From Candidatus Sumerlaeia bacterium (GTDB taxonomy: Bacteria > Sumerlaeota > Sumerlaeia > SLMS01 > JANRJK01): a DNA stretch of 64,000 nucleotides. Below the pieces are notes generated by a model. It did not search any database, was not told the origin of the DNA, and was given only the letters and a program-made list of their open reading frames with translations. The first letter of the stretch is position 1; each line of letters starts with the position of its first letter. Shown here one piece after another: positions 43,191-53,076 of the stretch. The position numbers and the translations under genes were made by a program. Where the stretch lies: positions 32,001 to 96,000 of the forward strand of contig JANRJK010000002.1 of the NCBI GenBank assembly GCA_033764015.1, read 5' to 3'.

Positions 43191-44279
43191 ATGAACCACT
43201 CGATCCGACGCCGACTCGCAATGGCGATGCTGGGAGCCGCCTTGCTCGGCTGCCTCGAAGCCGCAACCCGCCTCTGGACCGGCGCCGCCCCGCGCCCGGA
43301 AGTCCGCATCCTGCCGAGCGCGGTGGTGGGGCGCGCGGGGGCGGAGGAGGGGACGTGGGCGACTGCGCGGGGAGGAGGTGGCGCGGGTTACGGGGAGATC
43401 ACGTTTCCGCCAAACGGATACACGATGGACGCGAATGCGACGATTACGATCAAGTGGGAGAGTGGCAGGGAAGTTCAGGACGGTTTCAGCTTTTACAGCG
43501 TGGTGATCGAACCAGCAACCGGATGGGGACCTACAGAATCCATCACCTATGACCGTAGCAGAACTGGCATGTGGACTCCGCCCAACGTTCGTCATGCGAC
43601 ATTCGTAATGGTTGAGCCGGGGTGGTACGTAGTGACTCTGATTCCCAAGGGTCAGGGCATCCCGGACTTTGCTCCATGGGATGGCGCAGTGTTTTATGTC
43701 AATCCGCCTGCTGGCTATGCCCCAACGCCCACCCCTACACCACCTTCTAGCCCTCTCGACCCCGCACCGAAAGCTATCATTGTCCCACAAGGAGGTGGGG
43801 CATATGCGTGTTTTGATGAGCAGAAGGTAAGCTTCTCCAGCTTCGGGATCAAGAACGAGGGTACGGCCCCACTGATCGTCTATGAGGCAAGCATCGGCAA
43901 CCACCCAGCCTTCCTAGACATCACGTTTCCGGACGCTTTGTTTCCGTTTACTGTCTGCCCAGGAGAGACTGTCTATCTTACCCCTGTCGTCGCAAGCCTT
44001 GACTTTGAAGTGCTGCTTGACCTGTCCCCCTTCGCGCAGGGCGCACGGTTCAATGTGGCATCGAACGACTACCGGATCCCATTCGGACCCAACATCGGTA
44101 GCTACTACACCGGAGCTTCATGGTTAATCGAACAGTTTTCTTCTTGCAGCGATACACCGCCGGATCCAACTCCCGCCCCACCCTTCGAGTGTATCCAAGG
44201 CAACTGTGACCTCGCAATCGACGTGGCAGATGCACTTTATTGCTCTGATCTGATACCTCTACTCCTAGGGATGGAGTAG
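43191..44279 (+). CDS. Exported/lipoprotein-like protein with PT linker and Ig-like (ASH-type) domain
   Basis: RRR plus hydrophobic stretch plus LLGC; APTPTPTPP linker; IKNEGTAPLIV...VCPGET; Cys/Asp-rich tail. Confidence 0.7.
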   Translation: MNHSIRRRLAMAMLGAALLGCLEAATRLWTGAAPRPEVRILPSAVVGRAGAEEGTWATARGGGGAGYGEITFPPNGYTMDANATITIKWESGREVQDGFSFYSVVIEPATGWGPTESITYDRSRTGMWTPPNVRHATFVMVEPGWYVVTLIPKGQGIPDFAPWDGAVFYVNPPAGYAPTPTPTPPSSPLDPAPKAIIVPQGGGAYACFDEQKVSFSSFGIKNEGTAPLIVYEASIGNHPAFLDITFPDALFPFTVCPGETVYLTPVVASLDFEVLLDLSPFAQGARFNVASNDYRIPFGPNIGSYYTGASWLIEQFSSCSDTPPDPTPAPPFECIQGNCDLAIDVADALYCSDLIPLLLGME

Positions 44280-44346
44280 GCACGTCGAGCCGATCTGGGA
44301 GCAGTAAGACAATCGACCGAAGGGATAAAGAGAGGAACGTCCCACA

Positions 44347-47070
44347 ATGTCCGCAAAGCACAGCAGCTTCCAAAGGCGCGCAGTGGTCGTCGCGGCCATG
44401 ACACTTCATGGTCTTGCCGCAGTTGCATTAGAACCGGGATGGATCAAGGTGATCATTCCGCCTGAGTTAGTCGAACAGACCGTCCCGCTCTCTGAAGCGA
44501 CCAACGAGCTGGCCCAACGCGGGGCGCGCCATGTGGGCAAGGCACCTGATGGAGCCGAAGTCTTCGCAATTCCCGAAGCTGAGAGCAATAGCTTCGCGCA
44601 GCGTGACGACTTCATCCTCAAGCCGGAATGGGATCGGATCAAGCTGAGTCACCGGGAGATCGACACACGCGTTCAGCCTGACCTCTCGGCGGATGCAGCA
44701 TCGCGGCTCAAGTATATTCAGTTCCCGCTCCCGCCAACGGCCGAAGAACTCAAGGGGCTTCAGCAGACTGGCGCTCGCCTCCTGCACTACATCGGAAACA
44801 ATGCCTACCTCGTCTGGTCGCCAGACGAAGACTGCGATGCTGCCGTTCGGTCTTCTCTCGGGTCGCCTGGCGCGCCGCAATACTACGCGCCGACTCCTGG
44901 ATCGGACAAGATTCCGGCGCTGAACATCGGTCGCGCTGCTGAGACGGTCAATGTCGAAGTACTCCTCTTCGCCGACCATCCAGCGTTCGACGAGGAACTT
45001 GCTTCGGCCAAGAGTGAAGGGATGAAGGTACACGGCGAACGCAGGGAGGGTGAATTCCACCGCCTTTCGATCAGCGTCCCCGCATCATCGTTGGCACGGA
45101 TCGCAGACTTGCCGTCCACCGTGGTTATCGCGAACATGGTGGCGTTGTCACCACTCGGCGAGTCTTCGAACCAGATTATCTCGGGGTTGGTGGACAGTTC
45201 AGGGAATCCGTCACCCCCACGATCCAATCCGGGAAAGAACTACATCGACTGGCTGCGAAACCGTCTGTCGATTTCGACAGGATTCGGAGTCCCAGGGAAC
45301 TATCCCATTGTTTCTGTTGTGGACAATGGCATTGGTTCTGGAGACGAATTCAATCCACAGGGAGATACGGAGCCATACTTTCCTTTCCCTGCTTGGGCGG
45401 TTGCTGAGTCGGACTTTCGAGCAGTTCCATCGAATGGGTCCGATGCCACTGGCGAGAGCCGAATCATGTTCTCTTGGATTTGGAACCGAACGATCAATCA
45501 AGTGGACCTCTCGGGAGATGGTGCGACCGAGCCAGATCCGCTCTTCACGACAGCTCCGGACCATGGCCACGTCGTTGCTTCGATTCTTGGCGGTTGGAAC
45601 GCCCGCCCGAACTCAGGGACGTTTTCGGAGCCCTCGGCAACGGAGAGGGAGCACGAGACCTCGGTCGACGCGACGGGTTCGTCCACCGGCTACGACTTCG
45701 GCCTGGGAGTGAGTCCGTTCGGGCGGATCGGGAACGTGCACCACGGATTCGGATCGCCCTCCTTTGCCCAAGCTCTATTTGACTCTTCGGACCTTGAGGA
45801 CCTGTACTATCAGGCTTATTTATCAACGCGCTCGCTCAACGGAGAGGTAAGCAGGGGCGGGCTCTCCGGTGACGGTTACCGACAGTACTTTCAGCACCTC
45901 CCGAATCCAGCCGCGATCGCCAACAACTCATGGGGGGTCCTAGACGGGACACCCTTGACCCTCGTAACGACCTACGGCCCAATTCCTACACGTGCAGACG
46001 TCATTGCACGCGATGCACTCGTGGACAACAAGAGTAACGACCGCAGCACAGTGGGTCCCCACCCGTTCTTGATGGTGTGCGCGGCAGGCCAAGGCGCAGC
46101 CAATGTGATCAGCCCGGGATTGGCGAAGAACGTGCTCACAATGGGCGGCAGCGAGGGGGTGCGACAGGAGTTCAAACGAGAGTCCGGTGCCAACTTGGGT
46201 GCTTTTGAAACTCAAGCGACCGTTCCGGAACGGATGAACGCGGCGAACGACGTATGGGGGGAACTGACCGACCCCAGCGGCGGGGCGTCGAAGGGCGTCA
46301 ATGGCAGCCTTCGAGTCAAGCCCGACATAGTTGCGCCCGCGACGTGGAACACGGGATCGGCCTTCCACTACTACAAGTCCGGCGTCGGCTTGGTCGATGG
46401 CGACTTTTCCTCTTACGCGACGGATGGTCGAGCATATCGTTACTCGAGCACCGGAACCAGCTTCGCTTCGGCGATGGGAGCCGGTGCGGTACAGGTGGCA
46501 TGCAAGTTCATGCGGGATCAGTACGGTATCGTCAACCCCAGCCCGGCGCTGATGAAGGCGTACGCGATCAACGCGGCGAAGTTTTTGACCGGTTGGAACA
46601 CGACCGCAACACCGACCGAGCGGCAGCACCTCGATAACCCCACCATGTACCCCAAGGGCAACCCCGACCCGATCCCCAACAAGTTCCAAGGCTTCGGGCG
46701 CCTCGACCTCGAGAAGATGCTGGACGATTCGCTGCCGCGCTTCCTGTACGACCAGCAGACGGTACTGACTGGGACGGGTTCGATGACATTCACCGGTCGT
46801 GCGGCAGACGTGACGAAGCCCGTCCGCATCACCCTCGTTTGGACCGATCCAGCACCTTCGGGTGACACCACTGGTGACGTGAAGAACAACCTTGATCTTG
46901 TGGTGAAGACGGATCGCAACCATTTGACGACGGGGCACGCCGCAGCTTGTTACGAGCAGACCTACTACCACGGCAACAAGATGTACGCCGCCGCCGCGCC
47001 GGTCAGTGGGGCCTATCAGCAAGAGTACTCGCTGCCGAGGCAGTCGGAGACGACCTCGTTCAAAGATTAG
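44347..47070 (+). CDS. Large secreted S8 subtilase, N-terminal part (ends at the in-frame TAG)
   Basis: Signal peptide; prodomain YIQFPLP...HYIGNNAYLV; VVDNG, DHGHVVA, NNSWG, VKPDIVAP, GTSFAS, QGFGR, ITLVWTD, NNLDL. Confidence 0.9.
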   Translation: MSAKHSSFQRRAVVVAAMTLHGLAAVALEPGWIKVIIPPELVEQTVPLSEATNELAQRGARHVGKAPDGAEVFAIPEAESNSFAQRDDFILKPEWDRIKLSHREIDTRVQPDLSADAASRLKYIQFPLPPTAEELKGLQQTGARLLHYIGNNAYLVWSPDEDCDAAVRSSLGSPGAPQYYAPTPGSDKIPALNIGRAAETVNVEVLLFADHPAFDEELASAKSEGMKVHGERREGEFHRLSISVPASSLARIADLPSTVVIANMVALSPLGESSNQIISGLVDSSGNPSPPRSNPGKNYIDWLRNRLSISTGFGVPGNYPIVSVVDNGIGSGDEFNPQGDTEPYFPFPAWAVAESDFRAVPSNGSDATGESRIMFSWIWNRTINQVDLSGDGATEPDPLFTTAPDHGHVVASILGGWNARPNSGTFSEPSATEREHETSVDATGSSTGYDFGLGVSPFGRIGNVHHGFGSPSFAQALFDSSDLEDLYYQAYLSTRSLNGEVSRGGLSGDGYRQYFQHLPNPAAIANNSWGVLDGTPLTLVTTYGPIPTRADVIARDALVDNKSNDRSTVGPHPFLMVCAAGQGAANVISPGLAKNVLTMGGSEGVRQEFKRESGANLGAFETQATVPERMNAANDVWGELTDPSGGASKGVNGSLRVKPDIVAPATWNTGSAFHYYKSGVGLVDGDFSSYATDGRAYRYSSTGTSFASAMGAGAVQVACKFMRDQYGIVNPSPALMKAYAINAAKFLTGWNTTATPTERQHLDNPTMYPKGNPDPIPNKFQGFGRLDLEKMLDDSLPRFLYDQQTVLTGTGSMTFTGRAADVTKPVRITLVWTDPAPSGDTTGDVKNNLDLVVKTDRNHLTTGHAAACYEQTYYHGNKMYAAAAPVSGAYQQEYSLPRQSETTSFKD

Positions 47071-48462
47071 GTGAACAACGTGGAGCATGTTCGCATCCGT
47101 CCGAGCGAACTGGCTGGTCTCGGCAGTGGCAACAATTCGATGGAGATCACAGTCAAGGCCCGAAGCCTCACCACGAACTGCTTCGACCACTCGCCCACAA
47201 GTCCAAGGCAAGACTTCGCGCTGGTGGCGGAGAACTTTATCATCAGCGGCGTGCCGGAGATTCCGGTTGAGCGGACGAAGCCGACGGCCACTCAACAGGA
47301 GAATGGTTGCTGGACGTTCGCTGCCTTCAACGGTTGGGAGCCAAGCTCCATCGGGGGATACTCACTCACGCCAACCAGCACTGGTGGCTGGACTGACACG
47401 AGTGTATCTATTCTGGAGAATGCGACGAGCACCCCGGGGTGGGCACGCTGGAGCAAGCCGCTCGCCAGCCATCTTGAGCCGGACTTCGTTTATCGAGCCG
47501 TGGCCAAGATCGAGGGGCCGGTCACGAACCCGCAAGACATGGATCCCACGCGGCTCTGGTTCGGAGGGTCGGACCAGTACACAGGGTCAGGCTTGACTCA
47601 ATTGTTCATCGATTCCGGAAGCGCCATCTCGCCGATCGGAGGTCGCAAGTACCATGTCCTCCATTCGCCTCGCGTCTGCTCCAACTGGAGAGCGGGGCAG
47701 CACCCTTGGTTCGTAATGGAGCAGCTAAACAACGTCGCCCCGTTCGTCCGGAACTACCTGACGATGAGCGAAATCTTCGAGGTCGCCGCCTATAATCGTC
47801 GGCTGTTCCCGACGGGCGATGTGATCTTGAACCAAGGCGCATCGACGGTAACGCCGACGGATGGCGATTGGCTTGCCGTGACGAATAGCCCGGTTACGGT
47901 GCCATTCAGCTCCGCATCATGGGCCGACGCTGCTGCCCCGGCAGGCTCGCCGGTTCCGAGCGTGAGCACCTCGGTGACCGGCTCCGGGCTTTCGGTGACG
48001 GCCAGTGGAAGTCCGGGAGGGCAGTGGGCGGCGAGCTTCCGCTCTCCGACTTTCGACCTTCAACTGGGTTACTGGTACATCGTCGACGTCTATGTCGAGT
48101 GCGTGGACCTGATCGACGAGATGCGGGCACCGGTGTTTGTGGCGACGTGGGACAATACGACCCTCGGCGACACCGACTCGGAGCGGTTCGACTACATCCA
48201 AGCGCTGGACAGCCACGACAACAACGAGGCTGGGTTGGTCGAAACGAACCTCCGGCGCTACACCTACGCGATGGAGCCGGCGGTGGCGGGGGACCACAAG
48301 CTGGAGCTGCGCTTCCAGAGCTACGGCATGTCGAGCCTTCCTGAAGGTACGTTCACCATCCGGCGCGTCGTGGTCCGCAAGCACGCGCTCGCGACGATCC
48401 TCGACACGGCGAAGGCATTCGTGGATTCGACGGAGCCCTGTCTCGGGGGCCCGGAGTGGTAA
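47071..48462 (+). CDS. In-frame continuation of the S8 subtilase (C-terminal beta domains)
   Basis: Same frame, zero gap after TAG; begins VNNVEHVRI and contains QDFALV, matching the end of the subtilase C-terminal domain. Confidence 0.85.
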   Translation: MNNVEHVRIRPSELAGLGSGNNSMEITVKARSLTTNCFDHSPTSPRQDFALVAENFIISGVPEIPVERTKPTATQQENGCWTFAAFNGWEPSSIGGYSLTPTSTGGWTDTSVSILENATSTPGWARWSKPLASHLEPDFVYRAVAKIEGPVTNPQDMDPTRLWFGGSDQYTGSGLTQLFIDSGSAISPIGGRKYHVLHSPRVCSNWRAGQHPWFVMEQLNNVAPFVRNYLTMSEIFEVAAYNRRLFPTGDVILNQGASTVTPTDGDWLAVTNSPVTVPFSSASWADAAAPAGSPVPSVSTSVTGSGLSVTASGSPGGQWAASFRSPTFDLQLGYWYIVDVYVECVDLIDEMRAPVFVATWDNTTLGDTDSERFDYIQALDSHDNNEAGLVETNLRRYTYAMEPAVAGDHKLELRFQSYGMSSLPEGTFTIRRVVVRKHALATILDTAKAFVDSTEPCLGGPEW

Positions 48463-48493
48463 GCGTCGTCTTAGATCGGCACTACTTCTAGGG

Positions 48494-48527
48494 GGGCGGG
48501 GTCTTCGGGCCCCGCCCTTTTCCTTTT
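48494..48527 (+). terminator. Rho-independent terminator
   Basis: GGGCGGGGTC-TTCG-GGCCCCGCCC followed by TTTTCCTTTT. Confidence 0.85.
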
Positions 48528-48644
48528 CGCCCCCCCGCCTCCTGTCCGATTTCGCTTTCCGTTGGCCTTGTTTTCTCTAGAATGCCACGCGCCGGGAGGC
48601 GGTGCGCGCCGACCCGGCACTGAACGACCCAGGAGAAACCAGGC

Positions 48645-49346
48645 ATGATCTTCGACCCCATGTACTTCGTCTTCATCGGCCCGCCGATGCTGCTGGCGCT
48701 TTGGGCCCAGTGGAAGGTGAAGAGCAGCTTCGCCAAGTACTCGGAAATCCGCTCGTCGTCCGGCATCACCGGCGCCGAGGCGGCGGACCTGATGCTGCGC
48801 GAGGCGGGCATCCGCGGCGTGCGCATCGAGCAGGTCGGCGGAACGCTGTCGGACCACTACGACCCCAAGGCGAAGATCGTCCGCTTGTCGCCCGATGTGT
48901 ACGGCGGTCGCAGCATCGCCGCCATGGCCGTCGCCTGCCACGAGGTGGGCCACGCCATCCAGGACGCGAAGGGCTACGCGCCGCTCGTGATCCGCAATGC
49001 CGCCGTGCCGCTGGCGGGCTTCGGCTCCGGCCTCGGCGTGTGGATGTTCTTCATCGGCATGATCTTGATGGGCATGGGCATGGTCTTCGGCAAGATGCTC
49101 GCCTGGGCCGGCGTGCTGTTCTTCGCCGTCGTCGTGGTCTTCCAGATCGTCAACCTGCCGGTGGAGTTCAACGCCAGCTCGCGCGCCAAGCAGTACCTCG
49201 GCACGATGGGCCTGGTGAGGCCCGGCGCGGAGGCGGCGGGGGTCGCCGCGATGCTCAGCGCCGCCGCCATGACGTACGTCGCGGGCACCGCGCAGGCCAT
49301 CGGCCAATTGCTCTACTTCGTGTACGTGCTCGCCGGCCGCCGCTAA
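48645..49346 (+). CDS. YugP-like neutral zinc metallopeptidase (membrane)
   Basis: LSDHYDP, VACHEVGHAIQ (HExxH), LPVEFNASSRA, AAAMTYVA. Confidence 0.92.
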   Translation: MIFDPMYFVFIGPPMLLALWAQWKVKSSFAKYSEIRSSSGITGAEAADLMLREAGIRGVRIEQVGGTLSDHYDPKAKIVRLSPDVYGGRSIAAMAVACHEVGHAIQDAKGYAPLVIRNAAVPLAGFGSGLGVWMFFIGMILMGMGMVFGKMLAWAGVLFFAVVVVFQIVNLPVEFNASSRAKQYLGTMGLVRPGAEAAGVAAMLSAAAMTYVAGTAQAIGQLLYFVYVLAGRR

Positions 49347-49368
49347 GCGCGCCGCGCGCGAACTCAAA

Positions 49369-49400
49369 GGGCGCCCCGGAGCCATCGCTCCGGGGCGCCC
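49369..49400. terminator. Perfect 14-bp hairpin between convergent genes (terminator or REP-like)
   Basis: GGGCGCCCCGGAGC-CATC-GCTCCGGGGCGCCC. Confidence 0.65.
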
Positions 49401-49426
49401 GCGCATTTTCCGCGAAGCTACCCACC

Positions 49427-50503
49427 TCAGCGGCGCATCGGCAGTTCGACCACCTCGCCGCTGACGCCGCCGCAATCCAGCTTGGTCCCCGGCGCGCGCT
49501 GCGCCCAGCGCAGCATCGCCAGCCCCACCGCCCGGCGCGCCCGCGGCGAGTAGCTCGAACTCGTCAGCCGCCCCGCCGCCGCTCCCCCCGCGGACAGCTC
49601 GCTCCCGGCGGGCAGCGGCTCCTCCGCGTCGAACAGCACCCCGACAAGTTGACGCGCCGGATGCCCCAGGTTGGTGATCTTGGCGATCGTTTCCTGCCCG
49701 GGATAGCAGCCCTTGTCGAAGTGCACCGCCGCGAGAAGGTTCGCATCCAGCGGGATCGTCTTCTCGTCCAGGTCGATGCCCCACCACGGCGCGCCCGCCT
49801 CGATGCGGAGCGTGTCGAAGGCGAGAAAGCCCACCGGCCCGCCGCCGGACGCGACCGCTGCCTGGCCGAGCCGCTGCCAGAGCGCCTCGCCCTCCGGCGC
49901 CGGCGCCAGCACCGCCCAGCCCCCCGGCGCGAAGCCGCTCTCCCACGCGAGCACCTCGCCGCCGCCGAAGGCGCGCTGGGCGTAGCGCCCCGCCGCGGGG
50001 GGCGCCAGGCCCAGCGCGGCCAGCATCGACGCGGCCTTGGGCCCGGTGACGGCGAATACCGCCACGGAGCCGGTCGCGGGCTCGAAGCGCGCGTCCTCCG
50101 TGAACACGTACATGTCGAACAGCGAGTGGATCGAATCGGCGGAACTCGCCGGCGTCGAGAGCGCCAACGTCGCGTCGCCGAGCGCGAGCAGCTCCACGTC
50201 CGCCTGCATGCGCCCCTCGGCGCCGAGCAGCGCGGAGCGCCGCGCGTCGCCGTCCGCGAGGTCGTCCGTCTTCTGGCTGAGGCGGCGGTTCAGGTACTCG
50301 CGGTGGTCGCGCCCCTCGCAGCGCACCGCGCTGAGGAAGCCGAGGTCCACCACGCCGACCGACTCCGCCGCGAGGCGGTACTCCGCCTCCGGGTCGCCGT
50401 AGTGGGCGACCGCCTGCGCGCCGAGCAGCGCCATCGGTTCGGCGCCGAGGCCGGCGTGCTGGCCCCAGAGAGGGAGATGGTGGGTGGCGGCGCGTTGCGG
50501 CAT
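49427..50503 (-). CDS. YgfZ/GcvT-family folate-binding protein
   Basis: LRIEAG and the signature KGCYPGQE. Confidence 0.9.
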   Translation of the reverse strand: MPQRAATHHLPLWGQHAGLGAEPMALLGAQAVAHYGDPEAEYRLAAESVGVVDLGFLSAVRCEGRDHREYLNRRLSQKTDDLADGDARRSALLGAEGRMQADVELLALGDATLALSTPASSADSIHSLFDMYVFTEDARFEPATGSVAVFAVTGPKAASMLAALGLAPPAAGRYAQRAFGGGEVLAWESGFAPGGWAVLAPAPEGEALWQRLGQAAVASGGGPVGFLAFDTLRIEAGAPWWGIDLDEKTIPLDANLLAAVHFDKGCYPGQETIAKITNLGHPARQLVGVLFDAEEPLPAGSELSAGGAAAGRLTSSSYSPRARRAVGLAMLRWAQRAPGTKLDCGGVSGEVVELPMRR

Positions 50504-50579
50504 GGGGGCGTGCTCCGGGCGGGGGATGTGCCATCACGACAGCACGATCCGGTCCGCGCCGGGGCAAGCCCCGGGCCCG

Positions 50580-51776
50580 TCAGTGCAGCATCCAGCCCGT
50601 GGCCGGACCGCGGAGCTGCACGATGTCCAGCGCCCCGTCCGGGCCGTAGGGGTCGGACCAGCGCGCGTCCGTTTCCACCGCGGGGCCGGAAAGCGTGCGC
50701 AGGAACGCCACAATGTCGGCCTTCTGCTGCGCGGTCAGGTTCAGCCGCTGCGGGTTGCCGCCGGGCGTCAGCCGCGGGTCGATGTTTGGGCTGATGCCGG
50801 GGTCGAGAACCACACTCGGGATGCTGTCGTAATGGTCGACCACCGCCTCCAGCGTCGCGAGGCTGCCGTCGTGCATGAAGGGGCCGTTCTGCGAGCCGTC
50901 GGCGGCGAACATGCCGCGCAGGCTAGGCGAGCGCCGGCTCGTCGCGTCCACCCCGCCGCCGATGCGCCCCGTGACGCCGTTGCTCAGCGAGGTGGGGTCG
51001 ATGTCGAACTCCGGCGCGCGGTGGCAGGCCTGGCACCCTGCGCCGCCTCCCACGCGGACGCCCTGCGGGTTGAATCGTGGTGGCTCGATGAAGAGGGCCT
51101 TCCCGTTGTTCTCCGCCTGCGTGAAGTTCGGGAACGGCAGCTCGTTCGGCGCCTGCAGGCGGCCGGCGTCGTACTTCGTGTCGAAGGACTGGATGCTGCG
51201 GACGAACTGCGCCAGCCCGCGCTGCATCCGGTCCTCGGTGATCGTGGCGTCGCCAAAGGCGCGCTCGAAGAGCAGCGGATACTCCTCAGTCGCCGCCAAC
51301 TTCTCGAGCAGCGACTCGAACGGCGGATCGCCCAGCGTGCCGCTGAATCCCATCTCGCCATGGTCGCGGATCGGCTGCGTCGCCTGCGCCTCCGTGTTCG
51401 CGGCGCGCTCGTCCCAGAACATGCGCGGGTCCTGCCCGAAGCGGATGTTCACGAGGCGCATCGAATGCCGCCCTGTGGTCGCGGAAACGCCGAGGCTCGC
51501 GACCGCCGGGTCGGCGAACCCGTGGTCCTGGTGGTGGCACGACGCGCAGGAGATCGTGTTGTTTCGCGACAGCCGCTTGTCGTAAAACAGGACGCGCCCC
51601 AGCGTCGCGCCTGCGTCCGTGATCGCATTCGTCGGCGGCGTGTTGTCCCGCCGGATGAACGGCGGCCGCGGCTGGCTCGCGTAGTTCGGCAGGTTGTCCA
51701 GGTCGATCGGCTGCTGGGCTTGCAGGGTGGCCGCGCCTGCGAGGAGTGCGGTGGTTGCGGCGAGTATCCAGTGCAT
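50580..51776 (-). CDS. Di-heme cytochrome c peroxidase/MauG-family protein
   Basis: Signal peptide; LGRVLFYDKRLS, CASCH, MFWDER, CQACH, PFMHDG; ends TGWMLH. Confidence 0.9.
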   Translation of the reverse strand: MHWILAATTALLAGAATLQAQQPIDLDNLPNYASQPRPPFIRRDNTPPTNAITDAGATLGRVLFYDKRLSRNNTISCASCHHQDHGFADPAVASLGVSATTGRHSMRLVNIRFGQDPRMFWDERAANTEAQATQPIRDHGEMGFSGTLGDPPFESLLEKLAATEEYPLLFERAFGDATITEDRMQRGLAQFVRSIQSFDTKYDAGRLQAPNELPFPNFTQAENNGKALFIEPPRFNPQGVRVGGGAGCQACHRAPEFDIDPTSLSNGVTGRIGGGVDATSRRSPSLRGMFAADGSQNGPFMHDGSLATLEAVVDHYDSIPSVVLDPGISPNIDPRLTPGGNPQRLNLTAQQKADIVAFLRTLSGPAVETDARWSDPYGPDGALDIVQLRGPATGWMLH

Positions 51777-51931
51777 CAAGATTTCCGCGTGCGGGGGATG
51801 CGGCGGGCAATGCCAGCGCGGTGCCATCCGGAATCAGGGGCACGGAGCTTGCCAAGTATGAAAAATCAAGGGTTTCAATTCTCTCAACGGCTGTTGAGGG
51901 AACCATATGGTACGCCCTGCGACGATTGCGT

Positions 51932-53068
51932 TCAGACCAGGAGCTGATAGACGTCGGCGAGGAACTCGGCCGTGTGCCGCCACGTGAACCTCGGCGCGTG
52001 GAGGCGCCCGCGGTCGATCAACTGCCCCCGCAGCTCCTCGTCCGCGAGCACGCGGTGCATCGCCTCCGCCAGCTCCTCCTCGTCCCAAGGGTCTGCGAAG
52101 TGCGCCGCCTCGCCGCAGATCTCGGGCAGCGCGCCGCTCCGCCCCGCCAGCACCGGCACCCCCTGCGCCATCGCCTCCAGCGCCGGGAAGCCGAAGCCCT
52201 CGAACTTCGTCGCGAAGAACAACGCGTCCGCCCCCGCCAGCAGCACGCGCTTCTCGTCCTCCGAAACCTGGTGCAGCACCCGCACGCGGTCCGCCAGGCC
52301 GCGGATCCGGATCGCCCGCTCGACGTTCGAGAAGAACCGGTCCTGCTTGAGCACCAGCACGAACTGGTGGTCCTGCACCGCCGGGTCGCCGCGTTGCAGC
52401 ATCAGGCCGAACGCCTTCACCATCGCTTCGAGGTTCTTGTTCGGGCGCGTGGAGCCGAAGTAGAGCGCGTAGGGGCGGTCCAGCTTGTACGCCACCCGCG
52501 CTGCGGCGATCTGCTCCCCGCCCGGCTGCTGGAAGATCGACCCGTCGACGCCGGAATGCACCACCACCAGCTTCTGCTTGATCGACGGCAGCATCGCCGC
52601 CGCCGCGTCGCGCGTCGCGTAGCTGACGCACACAACCCACTTCGCGCGGTTCAGCACCGCGGGGTAAACCGTGCGGTAGAACTGGTTGTAGGCGAAGCGC
52701 ACCGGTGCGGTCCGCTCGCCCGAGAAGTGCGGGTCCGTGAACGGCTGCAGGTCGTGCAGCGTGACTATGAAGGGCGGCTGCATCCGCAGCGGCGCGAGCG
52801 GGAAGTGCGAGTGCACCAGCGTCGGCCGCGCGCGCTCGATCAACGCGCCGAGCGTCGTGAGCGTCCGGAAGCTCACCGGCGGCGCGGGGCTGCTCCGCAG
52901 GCTGAAGTTCGGGCCCACGCGAAGGTCGCCGTCGAACCGCGGCCCGACCAGCGCCACGTGCTCGTTCTTCTCGTCCAGAGCCGCGAGCGCCTCCAGCACC
53001 CCCCGCGAGTAGGTGCCGATGCCGCTGAACGCGGCGTCGAGGTACCGGCAGTCGTGGAGCAGCTTCAC
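51932..53068 (-). CDS. GT4-family glycosyltransferase
   Basis: SGIGTY, TLHDL, PNKN, EGFGFPALEAMAQG. Confidence 0.92.
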   Translation of the reverse strand: MKLLHDCRYLDAAFSGIGTYSRGVLEALAALDEKNEHVALVGPRFDGDLRVGPNFSLRSSPAPPVSFRTLTTLGALIERARPTLVHSHFPLAPLRMQPPFIVTLHDLQPFTDPHFSGERTAPVRFAYNQFYRTVYPAVLNRAKWVVCVSYATRDAAAAMLPSIKQKLVVVHSGVDGSIFQQPGGEQIAAARVAYKLDRPYALYFGSTRPNKNLEAMVKAFGLMLQRGDPAVQDHQFVLVLKQDRFFSNVERAIRIRGLADRVRVLHQVSEDEKRVLLAGADALFFATKFEGFGFPALEAMAQGVPVLAGRSGALPEICGEAAHFADPWDEEELAEAMHRVLADEELRGQLIDRGRLHAPRFTWRHTAEFLADVYQLLV

Positions 53069-53076
53069 GCCGCGCG

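Noticed and set aside
51872..51912. CRISPR array
   Set aside because: Only one repeat-like unit, with no spacers and no cas genes in the window.
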